Source: an uncultured delta proteobacterium
Lineage (GTDB): Bacteria; Desulfobacterota; Binatia; UBA9968
Assembly: GCA_963771465.1 (NCBI GenBank)
Contig: CAVYTU010000015.1
Coordinates: 1 to 64,000, forward strand
Length of the DNA: 64,000 bases
Direction of reading: 5' to 3'
Below the pieces are notes generated by a model. The model saw nothing but the letters and a program-made list of their open reading frames with translations, was not told where the DNA came from and did not search any database. Made by a program: the position numbers and the translations under genes. This document shows, in pieces, positions 1 to 10,478 of this stretch. Position 1 is the first letter of the stretch. Each line of letters begins with the position of its first letter.

Positions 1-46
1 ACGCTTCTCCCATTCTTTCCCCTCGCCCGCGATTCACCGAATCACT

Positions 47-1028
47 TTATCCGCCCGATGCCAGCATCGACTGCGGAATCGTCAGGCCGATCTGCTTGGC
101 GGTCTTGAGATTGATCACCAACTCAAACTTCGTCGGCTGCTCCACCGGCAGATCGGCAGGCTTGGCTCCCTTCAGGATTCTGTCCACGAAATATGCGACG
201 CGCCGGTAGCTGTCCGCGAGGTCCGCCCCGTAGTACATGAGCCCGCCGGCATCTACAGCTTCTCTGTTGCCGTACATCGACGGTAACCGGCTCTTTAACG
301 CAAAGCCCACGATCCGTTTTTGGTTAGCACGCATTAGCGGGCCCGCCGGGCACATAGAGTCCATCCGGGCGCTGCTTGTTTAGCGCAGCGAATACCTTCT
401 CGAAATCGTCCGCAGCTCGTACCTCCCAAGGCTGAATAGTCAACCCCAGCGCACGCGCCGCGACTGGGAGAACCTCTTTCACCTCGCGTACACTGGCCGG
501 ATTGGCCGGATCGTAGAGAACCGCGACACGGGCAAGTTTGGGAACGGCTTCTTTGAGCAGCTCCAGCCGCTTCCCGCCTAGTTCTCTGGAAAGGTTTGTA
601 AGGCCGGTGACGTTGCCGCCGGGACGGGCAAGGCTTTCAACTAGGCCTGCCTCGACAGGATCGGACCCCATCGCCCACCATAACGATGGGAATCGTCTTG
701 GTCGCATTCATGGCCGCCCGGATCCACGCGTCCCCTCCTGCTACCACGATGATATCAACCTTGAGACGCACCAGCTCGGCCGCAAGCTCAGGGAACCGAT
801 CGCGCTTCCCCTCCGCATATCGGTACTCGATGGCGATGTTCTGTCCTTCTATGTAGCCAAGCTCGCGCAGAGCCAGCCGAATTGCCTCGGCACGGGCGGA
901 CTCACTAGCTGGATCGGTCGACGATAGATACCCTATCCGCGGGACTTTCTTCGGCTGCTGCGCCTCGGCAAGCGAAGTCAGGAGTCAGAAAACACCAAGT
1001 GCCAGTCAACCAGATGAGTTACTTTCAT
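47..1028 (-). pseudogene. ABC transporter substrate-binding protein (ABC_sub_bind/COG2984 family), copy 1, several frameshifts
   Basis: Fragments 324-707 (GLVESLARPGGNVTGLT...GKRLELLKEAVP) and 47-364 (GGLMYYG...VDRILKGAKPADLPVEQPTKFELVINLKTA) are family signatures. AEAQQPKKVPRIGYL is encoded near 930-970 and there is an ATG at 1028. The indels may be sequencing errors. Confidence 0.85.
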
Positions 1029-1084
1029 GATCATGCTTGTGCCCGATGGCTGTATCACTATTGACCTTCCAACCCATACCTCTT

Positions 1085-2082
1085 TTATCGAATCACCTTA
1101 TCCGCCCGGTACAGCACCGACTGCGGAATCGTGATGCCGATCTGCTTTGCAGTTTTCAGATTGAACACCAGCTCAAACTTCATCGGCTGCTCGACCGGCA
1201 GATCGGCGGGCTTGGCTCCCTTCAGGATTCTGTCCACGTAATATGCGACGCGCCGGTAGCTCTCCGCATGGTCCGCCCCGTAGGACATGAGCCCACCAGC
1301 ATCTACAGATTCTCTGCTGCTGTACATCGACGGTAACCGGCTCTTTAACGCAAAGTCCGACGATCCGTTTTTGGTTAGCACCCATTAGCGGGCCCGCCGG
1401 AGCACGTAGAGTCCATCCGGGCGCTGCTTGTTTAGCGCAGCGAATACCCGCTCGAAATCGTCCGCAGCTCGTACCTCCCAAGGCTGAATAGTCAACTTCA
1501 GCGCACGCGCCGCGACTGGGAGAACCTCTTTCACCTCGCGTACAGCTGGCCGGATTGGCCGGATCGTAGAGAACCGCGACACGGGCAAGTTTGGGAACGG
1601 CTTCTTTGAGCAGCTCCAGCCGCTTCCCGCCTAGTTCTCTGGCAAGGGTTGTAAGGCCGGTGACGTTGCCGCCGGGACGGGCAAGGCTTTCAATTAGGCC
1701 TGCCTCGACAGGATCGGCTCCACCGCCCATCATAACGATGGGAATCGTCTTGGTCGCATTCTTGGCCGCCCGGATCACACGGTCCCCTCCTGCTACCACG
1801 ATGATATCAACCTTGAGACGCACCAGCTCGGCCGCAAGCTCAGGGAGCCGATCGCGCTTCCCCTCCGCATATCGGTACTCGATGGCGATGTTCTGTCCTT
1901 CTATGTAGCCAAGCTCGCGCAGAGCCAGCCGAATTGCCTCGGCACGGGCGGACTCAGTAGCTGGCATCGAACGCCGATAGATACCCTATCCGCGGGACTT
2001 TCTTCGGCTGCTGCGCCTCGGCGAGATGAAGAGAGGCGACAATCAAAGTGGGAACTGCGCAGCAAAAAATACTTTTCTTCAT
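1085..2082 (-). pseudogene. ABC transporter substrate-binding protein (ABC_sub_bind/COG2984 family), copy 2, several frameshifts
   Basis: Signal peptide MKKSIFCCAVPTLIVASLHLAEAQQ (ATG 2082); the family sequence continues across ORFs 1173-1967, 1385-1588 and 1085-1381. Near-identical to copy 1 at DNA level. Confidence 0.85.
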
Positions 2083-2197
2083 GGGTTTTCGTTCGGCACG
2101 CCGCTCTCCTCCTGCTTCTTTCTCCCTTAATGCGACAGACACCATATCCTAAACTTCTGGCCTCCGTCATCCTGATTCAGTTCCAGTGAAACGACAC

Positions 2198-3923
2198 TTA
2201 TTTCTGGCTGAAACCTCTACTGATGAAAACCCTGGCGGAGAACGTGAAAAGAGTTAAAAACAGGATGAGCACGACTCCCAACGCCGCGGCGGCGGGCTGG
2301 TTCGCTTCCTCATCCCAGTAGTGCCAGAGCATGACCGCCAGCGTGCGATTTTCCCGGCTCGCCAAGAGCAGCGGAATTGAGAAAGCTCTCACGGCGTGTG
2401 CCGCGACCCATATCCAGGCTGCGATGAAAGCGGGCCGAATCAGCGGATAGGTGATTTGCCAGATGATCTGCAGGCGACTCGCGCCGCTCACCTCGCCGGC
2501 TTCTTCCAACTCTCGATGGATTTGCGTGATCGCCGCGTTGGTGGAGCGGCTGGCAAAGGCGACGTACTGAGTGATCATCGCCAGCGAGATGATCCAGACG
2601 GTGCCGTAGAGCCCGAGATAGCGGAACGGCGGCTGTAGATAAAGAATGATGAATGACAAAGCGACCACCACGCCGGGCACCGCGTGAGAGGCGAAGGTAA
2701 GCCCGTCGAGGAGAAATCTGCCGCGCACTTTCGTGCGCACGACCAACCAGGAGACGGAGAATGCCAAGGCAACCGTGGCGGTCGCCGTAATCACGGTGAC
2801 CACGATGGTGTTCCACGCCGTGCGCAAGACTTGTGGCTCGTTGAACACGAGCCGGTAATTATTCCAGCTCGCTTGCGCGAGCGCTTCCATAGAAGGCGGC
2901 TGATAAGACGGCAACAGAGAAGTCCAGATGAGCACGCCGAGCGGCAGCGCAACGGCGACGAAGAAATAGCCAAAGAACAACGCCAAGGCGAGATAGCGCC
3001 AACGGCCCAGCGCCATGATTCGCGGCCGAAATCCTTTGCCGGTCACCGTGGCGAAGCGTTCGCTCTGGCAGCAGGATGGCGCGTTGATAAAAGTAGGCGA
3101 ACGCCACCGCCATCAAAACGTAACTCGCGGCGAAGGTTGCGCCCAATCCGTAATTCGCTAGCGGCTCACGGGTCGAAATGTAGATCATCGTGCTGTAGAC
3201 GTAGACGTTGCCGGGAAGCCCGACAACCAGCGGCGCCTCGAAGGATTCCATCGACGAGCTAAATTCATAAATGATCGCGGCCAGCAGCGCCGGCCAGAGG
3301 ACTGGCAAGGTCACGCGCCGCAGCGTTGTCCAATTGCGCGCGCCGGCAGCCCAAGAAGCTTCCTCCAAGGACGGGTCCATCATGCGAAACGCTCCCACCA
3401 CCAAAAGAAACACTGTGGTGACGCCGCGAATGCCGTCGAGAAAAATCATGCCGCCGAGAGAGTAGATGTTGATCGGCCCCTCGGCGACCTCCATGCCAAG
3501 TTCACCAAACAACGCGCGCAGAAAAACATTGACGATGCCGCTCCTCGGCGACAGCAGAAACACATACGCGATGGAGAAGAGCAGCCCGGGCATCGCCATG
3601 GGAATCAAGAGCAGGCTCCAGCACAGATTGCGCAGCGGCATGTCCGTGCGTTCGATCAGCCAGGCGAAGAGCACCGCGATGGAAACCGTGATCGCCGTGC
3701 CGGCGCTCGCGAACAGCGCGGTGTTGAAGATCATCCGGTAGGTCAGCGGATTGAAGTAAGCGGCGAGATAGTTCTTGAACGTGAACGGCCCCGGCGCCAC
3801 CGGATGGCCGGTGCGAAAGCTGCTCACGATCATTTGACCGAGCGGGATTAAGATGAGCCAGAGAAGAATGACGACGACAAAGAAAAAGAAAAGCCAAGCG
3901 CCGGTGGAGCGCCCTTCTCTCAT
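2198..3923 (-). CDS. Iron(III)/FbpB-type ABC transporter permease (two BPD_transp_1 modules), one frameshift near 3066-3072
   Basis: EAA motifs DPSLEEASWAAGA and ELEEAGEVSGAS, many TM helices, and the linker ERFATVTGKG restored by a 1-nt shift. Confidence 0.9.
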
Positions 3924-3930
3924 TTCGGCC

Positions 3931-4992
3931 TCACTGAACCACCGGAAGGCCGACGGCTTCCAATATTTCTTTCAGTAGGTCCTCGGCCTTGGCTTCCCAT
4001 TGCGGCTCATAACTCGCGGTTTTTTTGCCTTTGAGTATTTTGTTCGGCTCGGTGCCGGAGATGAATGGACTGCCGTCGAACTCGACTGAGTCCAAAACTC
4101 TCTGGCCTTCCTCAGTCAGCGACCAGACGACCCAAAGTTTGGCGGTCTCGGGACTGGCCGCGCCGCGCGGAATAAATACGATGTCACCGTGGGGAACCGG
4201 CACCGGCTCGGCCAACGTGTAACCGATATGGCTTATCCCTCGATAGACGATCTGTTCCCGGTAGTGCGAGTAGTTGGCGCCGCAGATGATCGGATATTCG
4301 CCCAAGGTCAGCTTGGTGACTGCCGCGGAACGCGAACGCTCGAAGATCGTCTGATTTGCGCCGAGCTGGCGCGCGTGGGCTAGCGTCTTCTCCTTGCCCC
4401 AAACATGCGGTTGATAAAAAATCTCCAGATAGCGCGGCCGATTGTCCATGGCGACTTTTTTCTTCCACTTTGGATTGGCGCAATCCTCCCAGGTCAATTT
4501 CGACCCCACCGAATCGGGGATCAGCTTTCGGTTGTAGAGAATGCCGACCAATTGCGAACGGTAATAAACCCCGAAACGATCGGGATGGAGGTGGCGCGGA
4601 TGAACGCCCAAAGCGCGCCAGTCCACCGGCTCGGCGAGGTTGGCCTTGTTGACGATGTCCAATTGCGTGCCGCTCAACACGGTCACATCGTAGGGAACTT
4701 TTCCAGCCGCCAACTCGGTCAGCACTCGTTCGCGCTCGCGCGAGCCGCCGACCCGCTCGTAATCAATCTTGACGAACGGATAACGCGCTTGAAACGTCTC
4801 GACGATTTTCTGTCCCGATGGCTTGCCCGCTTCCTGCCAGCGCATGGTCAGACCGATCCTTAGTTTGGCTTCTTTTTTTGCCCCTTCGATCAATTTTTGC
4901 AGGGCTTTATCCTGCTGCGCGATTGCCGGGAAAGACCAACCGACGAGGAGCAGTGTGACGAGCGATGTGGCAACGCACTTAGCGGTATTCAT
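3931..4992 (-). CDS. Extracellular solute-binding protein (Fe3+/thiamine-type SBP family)
   Basis: Signal peptide ending AIAQQ; motifs ILYNRKL, NPKWKKKVAMD, AASPETAKLWVVW. Confidence 0.85.
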   Translation of the reverse strand: MNTAKCVATSLVTLLLVGWSFPAIAQQDKALQKLIEGAKKEAKLRIGLTMRWQEAGKPSGQKIVETFQARYPFVKIDYERVGGSRERERVLTELAAGKVPYDVTVLSGTQLDIVNKANLAEPVDWRALGVHPRHLHPDRFGVYYRSQLVGILYNRKLIPDSVGSKLTWEDCANPKWKKKVAMDNRPRYLEIFYQPHVWGKEKTLAHARQLGANQTIFERSRSAAVTKLTLGEYPIICGANYSHYREQIVYRGISHIGYTLAEPVPVPHGDIVFIPRGAASPETAKLWVVWSLTEEGQRVLDSVEFDGSPFISGTEPNKILKGKKTASYEPQWEAKAEDLLKEILEAVGLPVVQ

Positions 4993-5045
4993 ATTTTTAT
5001 CATCCTAAAAAGTTTGGGGATTGCGAGTTTACTGTAAAATAGGTG

Positions 5046-5128
5046 TTCACCACGAAAAATACAAAGAGCACGAAGTTCGGAGTAATAATTTTTCGAACCC
5101 TTGGTGTCTTTCGTGCCTACGTGGTGAG
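5046..5128. repeat. Palindromic element with 9-nt periodic arms (family A)
   Basis: Left arm TTCACCACGAAAAATACAAAGAGCACGAAG, right arm CTTGGTGTCTTTCGTGCCTACGTGGTGAG; abuts the stop codon at 5129. Confidence 0.8.
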
Positions 5129-6229
5129 TCATTTCTCCGTACAAAATGGATGACGCTCTCCCATCCTGCATGTCGCGCCCGCCTCAAACAGCGCCGCTTC
5201 GAATTGTGCATGGATTTTGGGATCTTCGTCCTCGTACTCCAACTGGGTGCCGCCTAACTTGATACTTTCACGCCGCGAACCTTCGACCATTCTGACAAAC
5301 GGAAAGTGCCAGTTATTCCATCGGAGAGCCAAGTAGCGCGCCGGCTCAGCGCCCAAATTTTGGTGCATGTGCAACCACAGCTCAGGCGGCACGATCAAAC
5401 TTCCCGGTCCCCACGGCACGCAAGTCTTTTCCTGGGCCTGCTGCGGCCAGAGCAGTGAGCGACCCTTGCCGCTCAGGATCAAGACGTGAGCGCCGGGGCC
5501 GTGAAAATGAGCTTTCTTATAAGTTCCGACGGCAAACTCGGAGACGTGGGCGCACATGATCTGCCCGGCGAGATCGAACTTCATGTTGCGCGCGCCGGGG
5601 CCGCGCTCGCTTTGCTCTCCCAGCGGCAAGCTATGAGTGTTGGGCACGAAGTTGACCGACATCCATGACCGGCCATAGAGCTTGGCCTGGCCTCCGAAAT
5701 AGTTTTGATCCGCGGGATCGAAGCGATCCGTAAAACGGAAATCGTTTTGAAAAATAAAATCCGGATTATGAAACAGATTGATCATGAACGGCGCATTGGT
5801 CACGGCGAAGTAACGCGCCGGTTCAGAGCCGCTGCCGTTGAAATGTTGGTACCATGCGTTGAGCGGAACCGCAAAGAGACTGCCGGTCTGCCACTCGAAC
5901 GAATGTTTCTGGCCGTCGCTTTGCCAGACGGTCGTCGCTCCCCTGCCGCTGGCGATATAAACCATCTCTTCGTAAAGATGCCTCTGCGGTTTAAGTTTTC
6001 CGCCCGGCGGAATCTCACAAACATAAGCGTCGGTTGCTTTACCGGCGCCGTCGAGACGAATGAAGGAGCCCAAGCCGCCTTTCAACTCCCACGGTGAAAC
6101 TTCGAGCCGCTTTATGTCCGGCACATGGAAGCCGCGCACGACTGGAATGCCTTGAGCGGCCTGCCACTCTTGATAGGTATCGACACGAGGCGCCTGGGAC
6201 TGATCGTAGTTTTCGATATTGAGCGACAT
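5129..6229 (-). CDS. Bicupin protein (gentisate 1,2-dioxygenase-like fold), paralog 1
   Basis: Two cupin motif sets: PQRHLYEE...PLNAWYQHFN and AHFHGPGAH...PPELWLHMHQN. Confidence 0.8.
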   Translation of the reverse strand: MSLNIENYDQSQAPRVDTYQEWQAAQGIPVVRGFHVPDIKRLEVSPWELKGGLGSFIRLDGAGKATDAYVCEIPPGGKLKPQRHLYEEMVYIASGRGATTVWQSDGQKHSFEWQTGSLFAVPLNAWYQHFNGSGSEPARYFAVTNAPFMINLFHNPDFIFQNDFRFTDRFDPADQNYFGGQAKLYGRSWMSVNFVPNTHSLPLGEQSERGPGARNMKFDLAGQIMCAHVSEFAVGTYKKAHFHGPGAHVLILSGKGRSLLWPQQAQEKTCVPWGPGSLIVPPELWLHMHQNLGAEPARYLALRWNNWHFPFVRMVEGSRRESIKLGGTQLEYEDEDPKIHAQFEAALFEAGATCRMGERHPFCTEK

Positions 6230-6263
6230 GAGCTTCGAAGCTAGCTCGCAACTGACAGGTTAA

Positions 6264-6434
6264 GAAATCAAAATCCGAAATCCGAAGCACGAATTTCTAA
6301 ACAAACCCGAAGGTTAATCTCAAATCCGGAAAATCTAAAACCTCGAAACCGAATCAGCTTGTTTGGAACATTGCGGTTTTTGATCATTTGAATTTGTTTT
6401 GAGTTTCGTGCTTCGGATTTCGTGCTTGGAATTT
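6264..6434. repeat. AT-rich palindromic element with 7-nt periodic arms (family B), copy 1
   Basis: AAAATCCGAAATCCGAAGCACGAA...TTCGTGCTTCGGATTTCGTGCTTGG; homologous to the reverse complement of 60549-60704. Confidence 0.85.
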
Positions 6435-6436
6435 AT

Positions 6437-7414
6437 TCATACCGCACCCAATTCCGCCAGTGCCTCTAAAGCTAAATCATTATTGACCACGCGATCCGCG
6501 CTGAACGACTGGTCGATTTTTCCTCGGGCTTTCAGCTCCGCGATGTGAACTTCGATGCCTTCCACGCTGGTGACGATGTTTCTGGCCGCCACCGCCCAAG
6601 TTTTGGGGATACCGCTCTCGACGCCGCTGCCGGCGAGGGAATCGACGTTGAGCGCGCGTTTGAGAATTTTAACCGATTCGACTCCCGTCGGATCTTCGTC
6701 TTTCAAAAAGCCATGACCACGCATGACGCCTTTAATAAATCCTTTGACGAGATCGGGACGTTGCCGCAGCATTTGTCCAGTAGTCGCCATCGAGCGCACG
6801 ACATAAAAAGGAAAGAGGGTGGAAAGATCGATCACTTCTTCAAGCTCGCCATCGCGGATGAGCTCGCGCACCACTCTCCCCTGGGGGCCGTTGTGGTGGT
6901 AAAAAAGAAAATCGCTTTTGCCATCCTTGATCGCGGCGACCTTTTCGCGGATGCCTTCGTTATCGATCAAGACCACGTCCATGTCGCGGTCCGGATCGAA
7001 GCCGAGCTTTTGAAAAACCAGCCGCATGGTTCGCTCGCCCGCGCCCAGGCGCCGGTTCGTGGCAAATCTTCTGCCTTTGAGATCCTGAGGAGTTTTGACC
7101 GCTCCGGGCAAAGCAGCCACGCTGAAGGCCAAGCCGTTGCGGTACGAGCCGATGATATGGAGATCTTTCCCCTGGGCGTTGGCTTCGATCAGCATGGCCG
7201 GGTGCGCGTCCATGCTGAAGTCGGTCTTACCGTGAATGAGCAGATCGATGGAGCCGTCGTTATCTCCCGCGATATGTAGGTGGCTGTGGTCGATGCCATG
7301 TTTTTTGAAGTAGCCGTGATACTCCGCCGTGAGCGGCGCGAGCGGATGACCGGGGTGTTTCGGATAAAAATGCTCGACGGAATAGGTGACTTCTCTCTGG
7401 GTCGATACAGCCAT
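6437..7414 (-). CDS. Periplasmic-binding-protein type II fold (SsuA/NMT1/THI5-like) protein without a signal peptide
   Basis: GYFKKHGID, VKTPQDLKGRRFA, PDLVKGFIKGVMRG; AGGAG RBS upstream; hydrophilic N-terminus. Confidence 0.75.
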   Translation of the reverse strand: MAVSTQREVTYSVEHFYPKHPGHPLAPLTAEYHGYFKKHGIDHSHLHIAGDNDGSIDLLIHGKTDFSMDAHPAMLIEANAQGKDLHIIGSYRNGLAFSVAALPGAVKTPQDLKGRRFATNRRLGAGERTMRLVFQKLGFDPDRDMDVVLIDNEGIREKVAAIKDGKSDFLFYHHNGPQGRVVRELIRDGELEEVIDLSTLFPFYVVRSMATTGQMLRQRPDLVKGFIKGVMRGHGFLKDEDPTGVESVKILKRALNVDSLAGSGVESGIPKTWAVAARNIVTSVEGIEVHIAELKARGKIDQSFSADRVVNNDLALEALAELGAV

Positions 7415-7510
7415 CGTCGGTTCTCCTATTTCCTTAATTTAGAAGCCCACAATATTAAATCGCTCTTCAGTCTTCTCCGTGAGCAACCTAGCACGATTAC
7501 CTCGATTTTT

Positions 7511-7580
7511 TTCACTACGAAGGGCACCAAAAGATAGAATCAATGAAAATTCCGAACTTCGTATTTTTCTTATGGCTTCG
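7511..7580. repeat. Degenerate family A palindromic element
   Basis: TTCACTACGAAGGGCACCAAAAG ... TTCCGAACTTCG, resembling the 5046 and 48595 copies; 11 nt downstream of the stop at 7592. Confidence 0.55.
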
Positions 7581-7591
7581 CCAAACTAGAT

Positions 7592-8659
7592 TTAACGCAC
7601 AATGGGAAGCCCGATGGCTTCTAAAATCTCTTTGAGAATTTCCTCTGCTTTGGCCCGATATTGCGGCTCATACCAGGCGGTTTTCTTGCCCTTGACGAGC
7701 TTGGCCGTTTGCGTGCCTGGAATCAGCGGGCTGCCGTTGCCTTCGACCTCGTCCAGTAACTTCTGGCCCTCCTCCGAGAGCGACCAGACGATCCAAAGCT
7801 TGGCGCCGTTCGGATGAGCCGCGCCACGTGGAACGAAAACGACATCACCCAGGTTGACCGGTATCGGTTCCGCTAGCGTGAAGCCAATACGTTCTGCCCG
7901 ACCTGATCTCGTGTGCTCATAATAGGTCGAATAGAAACTGCCGCAGTCGATGGCGTACTCGCCCAACGCCAGTTTCGTCATGGCGCCGGTGCGGTCGCGC
8001 TCAAAGATCGTTTGGTTCGCCGCCAGCTGGCGCGCGTGCGCCAGAGTTTTTTCGCGTCCCCACACATGCGGTTGCCAAAGAATTTCCAGATGACGCGGTC
8101 GCGTATCCATCGCGACCTTTTTTTTCCACTTGGGCGCTGCGCAATCCTCCCAGGTAAGTTTTCGCCCGACATCGTCCGGAACGAGCTTGCGATTATAAGC
8201 GATGCCGTATAGCTGCGAACGATAGTTGACGCCGAAACCTTCGGGGTGCACATGCTGAGCGGTCACGCCAAGCGCTTTCCAATCGACTTTCTCCGTCACA
8301 TTCGCTTGCAGGGCGGTCGGCACCTGAGTCTCGCTCAGGACCGTGACATCATAGGAAACTCTTCCGGCCGCCAGTTCCGTTAAGACGCGCTCGCGCTCTC
8401 TCGAACCTCCCACTCGTTCATACTCGACCTTGAGAAACGGGTAGCGAGTTTGAAAAACTTCGACAAATTTTTTCGCCCCGGGCTTGCCCGCCTCCTCCCA
8501 CCTCACCGTAAGCCCCACCTTGAGCTTCCCCTCTTTCTTCGCTCCCTCGCCGATCTTCTCCAGACTCTGCGCCCAAAGTGGAGAAATAGATAATAGCGAA
8601 ACGCCTATTGCCGCTCCAAGGATTGCTTGTAATTTCATTAGAGACCTCGCTGGCTTCAC
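7592..8659 (-). CDS. Extracellular solute-binding protein, close paralog of 3931-4992
   Basis: Shares YERVGGSRERERVLTELAAG and QPHVWG.EKTLAHARQL with 3931-4992; has a signal peptide. Confidence 0.85.
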   Translation of the reverse strand: MKPARSLMKLQAILGAAIGVSLLSISPLWAQSLEKIGEGAKKEGKLKVGLTVRWEEAGKPGAKKFVEVFQTRYPFLKVEYERVGGSRERERVLTELAAGRVSYDVTVLSETQVPTALQANVTEKVDWKALGVTAQHVHPEGFGVNYRSQLYGIAYNRKLVPDDVGRKLTWEDCAAPKWKKKVAMDTRPRHLEILWQPHVWGREKTLAHARQLAANQTIFERDRTGAMTKLALGEYAIDCGSFYSTYYEHTRSGRAERIGFTLAEPIPVNLGDVVFVPRGAAHPNGAKLWIVWSLSEEGQKLLDEVEGNGSPLIPGTQTAKLVKGKKTAWYEPQYRAKAEEILKEILEAIGLPIVR

Positions 8660-8664
8660 ATCCT

Positions 8665-9369
8665 CTACGCCTGTCTTTGAATGAGCGGCGTAAGGTCCAT
8701 GCGGACTCTAATCTTCTCGGGCTCGGTCAACAGCCGATAGTCAGACTCCGACAATTTGTCGATCTTGTACCAATCGACCATTCTTTGCGGCAGCTTCGCG
8801 ATAATCGCGCCATCCTGTTTTTCAAACTCGCAATTCATGCGTAACAGGCACGCTTTATTCCACTCTTCCATCAGCACCGGAGAAATCCCGATGATGCTGC
8901 GATCCATTGCATAGACGTAAACATGGCGGCCAAATCCTTTGGCGCCGATCTCATCGGCTGGAATCTTGACGCGGATATCCGACGGCACGTTGGCGACGTA
9001 GGCGACCCGCCGCCCGCCGCTCGACTCCGTTCTCATGGTTAAAAAAACTACGTCCCGCTCGGTCGTGTTGGTAAAACCATAGTGAACTCCCGACGGGATC
9101 AACACGCCCTGGTTGGGTTTGAGAGTAAATCTTCCCGAAAGCCCTTCCACGGTGAGTTCGCCGTCGAGAATATAAAGAATCTGATCGGAATCCGGATGCT
9201 GGTGAATATGGGTCTCGCCGCCGCGCGGTCGCGTCTGAAATACCGCGATAAAACTATTGGGCGACCTGGCCATATCGACCCGGCCGCTCAGATGATCGCG
9301 CTTCTTCATCGCCTCGCCGACATCGAAAACCTGCACCTCGTCAACCTGACTGCTAATCGTTGTTGCCAT
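8665..9369 (-). CDS. Cupin_2 domain protein with C-terminal extension
   Basis: HIHQHPDSDQILYILDG...IPSGVHYGFTN; AAAGGAG RBS. Confidence 0.8.
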   Translation of the reverse strand: MATTISSQVDEVQVFDVGEAMKKRDHLSGRVDMARSPNSFIAVFQTRPRGGETHIHQHPDSDQILYILDGELTVEGLSGRFTLKPNQGVLIPSGVHYGFTNTTERDVVFLTMRTESSGGRRVAYVANVPSDIRVKIPADEIGAKGFGRHVYVYAMDRSIIGISPVLMEEWNKACLLRMNCEFEKQDGAIIAKLPQRMVDWYKIDKLSESDYRLLTEPEKIRVRMDLTPLIQRQA

Positions 9370-9420
9370 CGTTTGCTCCTTTCAATTTTTCAGCGACGTG
9401 TTGAGCATTAGATTTCCCGG

Positions 9421-9452
9421 AATCCAAAATCGGCAATCTAAAATCCACAATG
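9421..9452. repeat. 7-nt periodic half-element (AATCCAA/AATCTAA type)
   Basis: AATCCAAAATCGGCAATCTAAAATCCACAATG directly abutting the stop codon at 9453. Confidence 0.65.
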
Positions 9453-10436
9453 TTATCTTATGACCTTGTCCGCCTTCTGGAGCGTCCACTGCGGAATAGT
9501 CAGTCCGATCTGCTTCGCCGTCTTGAGATTGATGACAAATTCAAACTTCATCGGCTGCTCCACCGGCAAGTCGGCTGGCTTCGTGCCTTTTAAGATCTTG
9601 TCGACGTACGTTGCAGCGCGGCGGTACATATCTGGGATATCGGGCCCATAGGACGCGAGCCCACCAGCCTCAGGAAATTCCTTAAACCCGTAAATCGTTG
9701 GCAGGCGATTCTTTATCGCGAGTTCCGCGATGCGTCCCTGTAATGAATTAAAAGTTGGGTTCGTCAGCCCGACAATAGCGCCGGCACGCCCGGAAGTGAT
9801 TTCCTTGAACGCCTTGTCCAAGTCGTTCGCTCCTCGAACTTCCACCGGTTGAAGCCGCAAACGTAATACATGCGCAGCAGCCTCAACTTCTTTCATCTGC
9901 ACTCCGTATCCCGGAACGTCTCGATTCACGAGGACAGCCACGCGGGAAATTTTGGGAACGATCTCCTTGAGCAATTCCAACCGCTTCCCGCCTAGCTCCA
10001 CTTGCGCGCTGGAAAACCCAGTAATATTTCCGCCAGGCTTCGCTAGGCTGGCCACAAATCCGAGCGCGACAGGATCACTGATATTTATCATGACGATTGG
10101 GATCGATTTGGTAGAATTCTTGGCCGCCCTGGTTGGAGGCCCCCCTCCTACCACGACGACATCAACCTTGAGGCGGACCAGTTCGGCTGCAAGGTCGGGG
10201 AGACGCTCAAATTTATCCTCCGCATAACGGTACTCAAGAATGATGTTTTTCCCCTCCTCGTACCCAAGTTCTCGCAGACCTCGTCGAAACGCCTCAATCC
10301 GAGGCGATTCAACGGAAGAGGAGCCGGCCAATAAAAATCCTAGGTGGGCAATCTTTTTCGGCTGTTGCGCGTTGGCGAGAGAAGCAGTCGTCAGTAAAAA
10401 AATCCCCAGTCGCCGGATGGCGATTCTTCTGTTCAT
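9453..10436 (-). CDS. ABC transporter substrate-binding protein (ABC_sub_bind/COG2984 family), intact copy 3
   Basis: Signal peptide MNRRIAI...SLANAQQ and full family motifs. The longer ORF start at 10505 lies inside a repeat element. Confidence 0.9.
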   Translation of the reverse strand: MNRRIAIRRLGIFLLTTASLANAQQPKKIAHLGFLLAGSSSVESPRIEAFRRGLRELGYEEGKNIILEYRYAEDKFERLPDLAAELVRLKVDVVVVGGGPPTRAAKNSTKSIPIVMINISDPVALGFVASLAKPGGNITGFSSAQVELGGKRLELLKEIVPKISRVAVLVNRDVPGYGVQMKEVEAAAHVLRLRLQPVEVRGANDLDKAFKEITSGRAGAIVGLTNPTFNSLQGRIAELAIKNRLPTIYGFKEFPEAGGLASYGPDIPDMYRRAATYVDKILKGTKPADLPVEQPMKFEFVINLKTAKQIGLTIPQWTLQKADKVIR

Positions 10437-10478
10437 TTTTCCTTCACAACTGTTCACTCTTCGCCCCGATTCGGAAAA

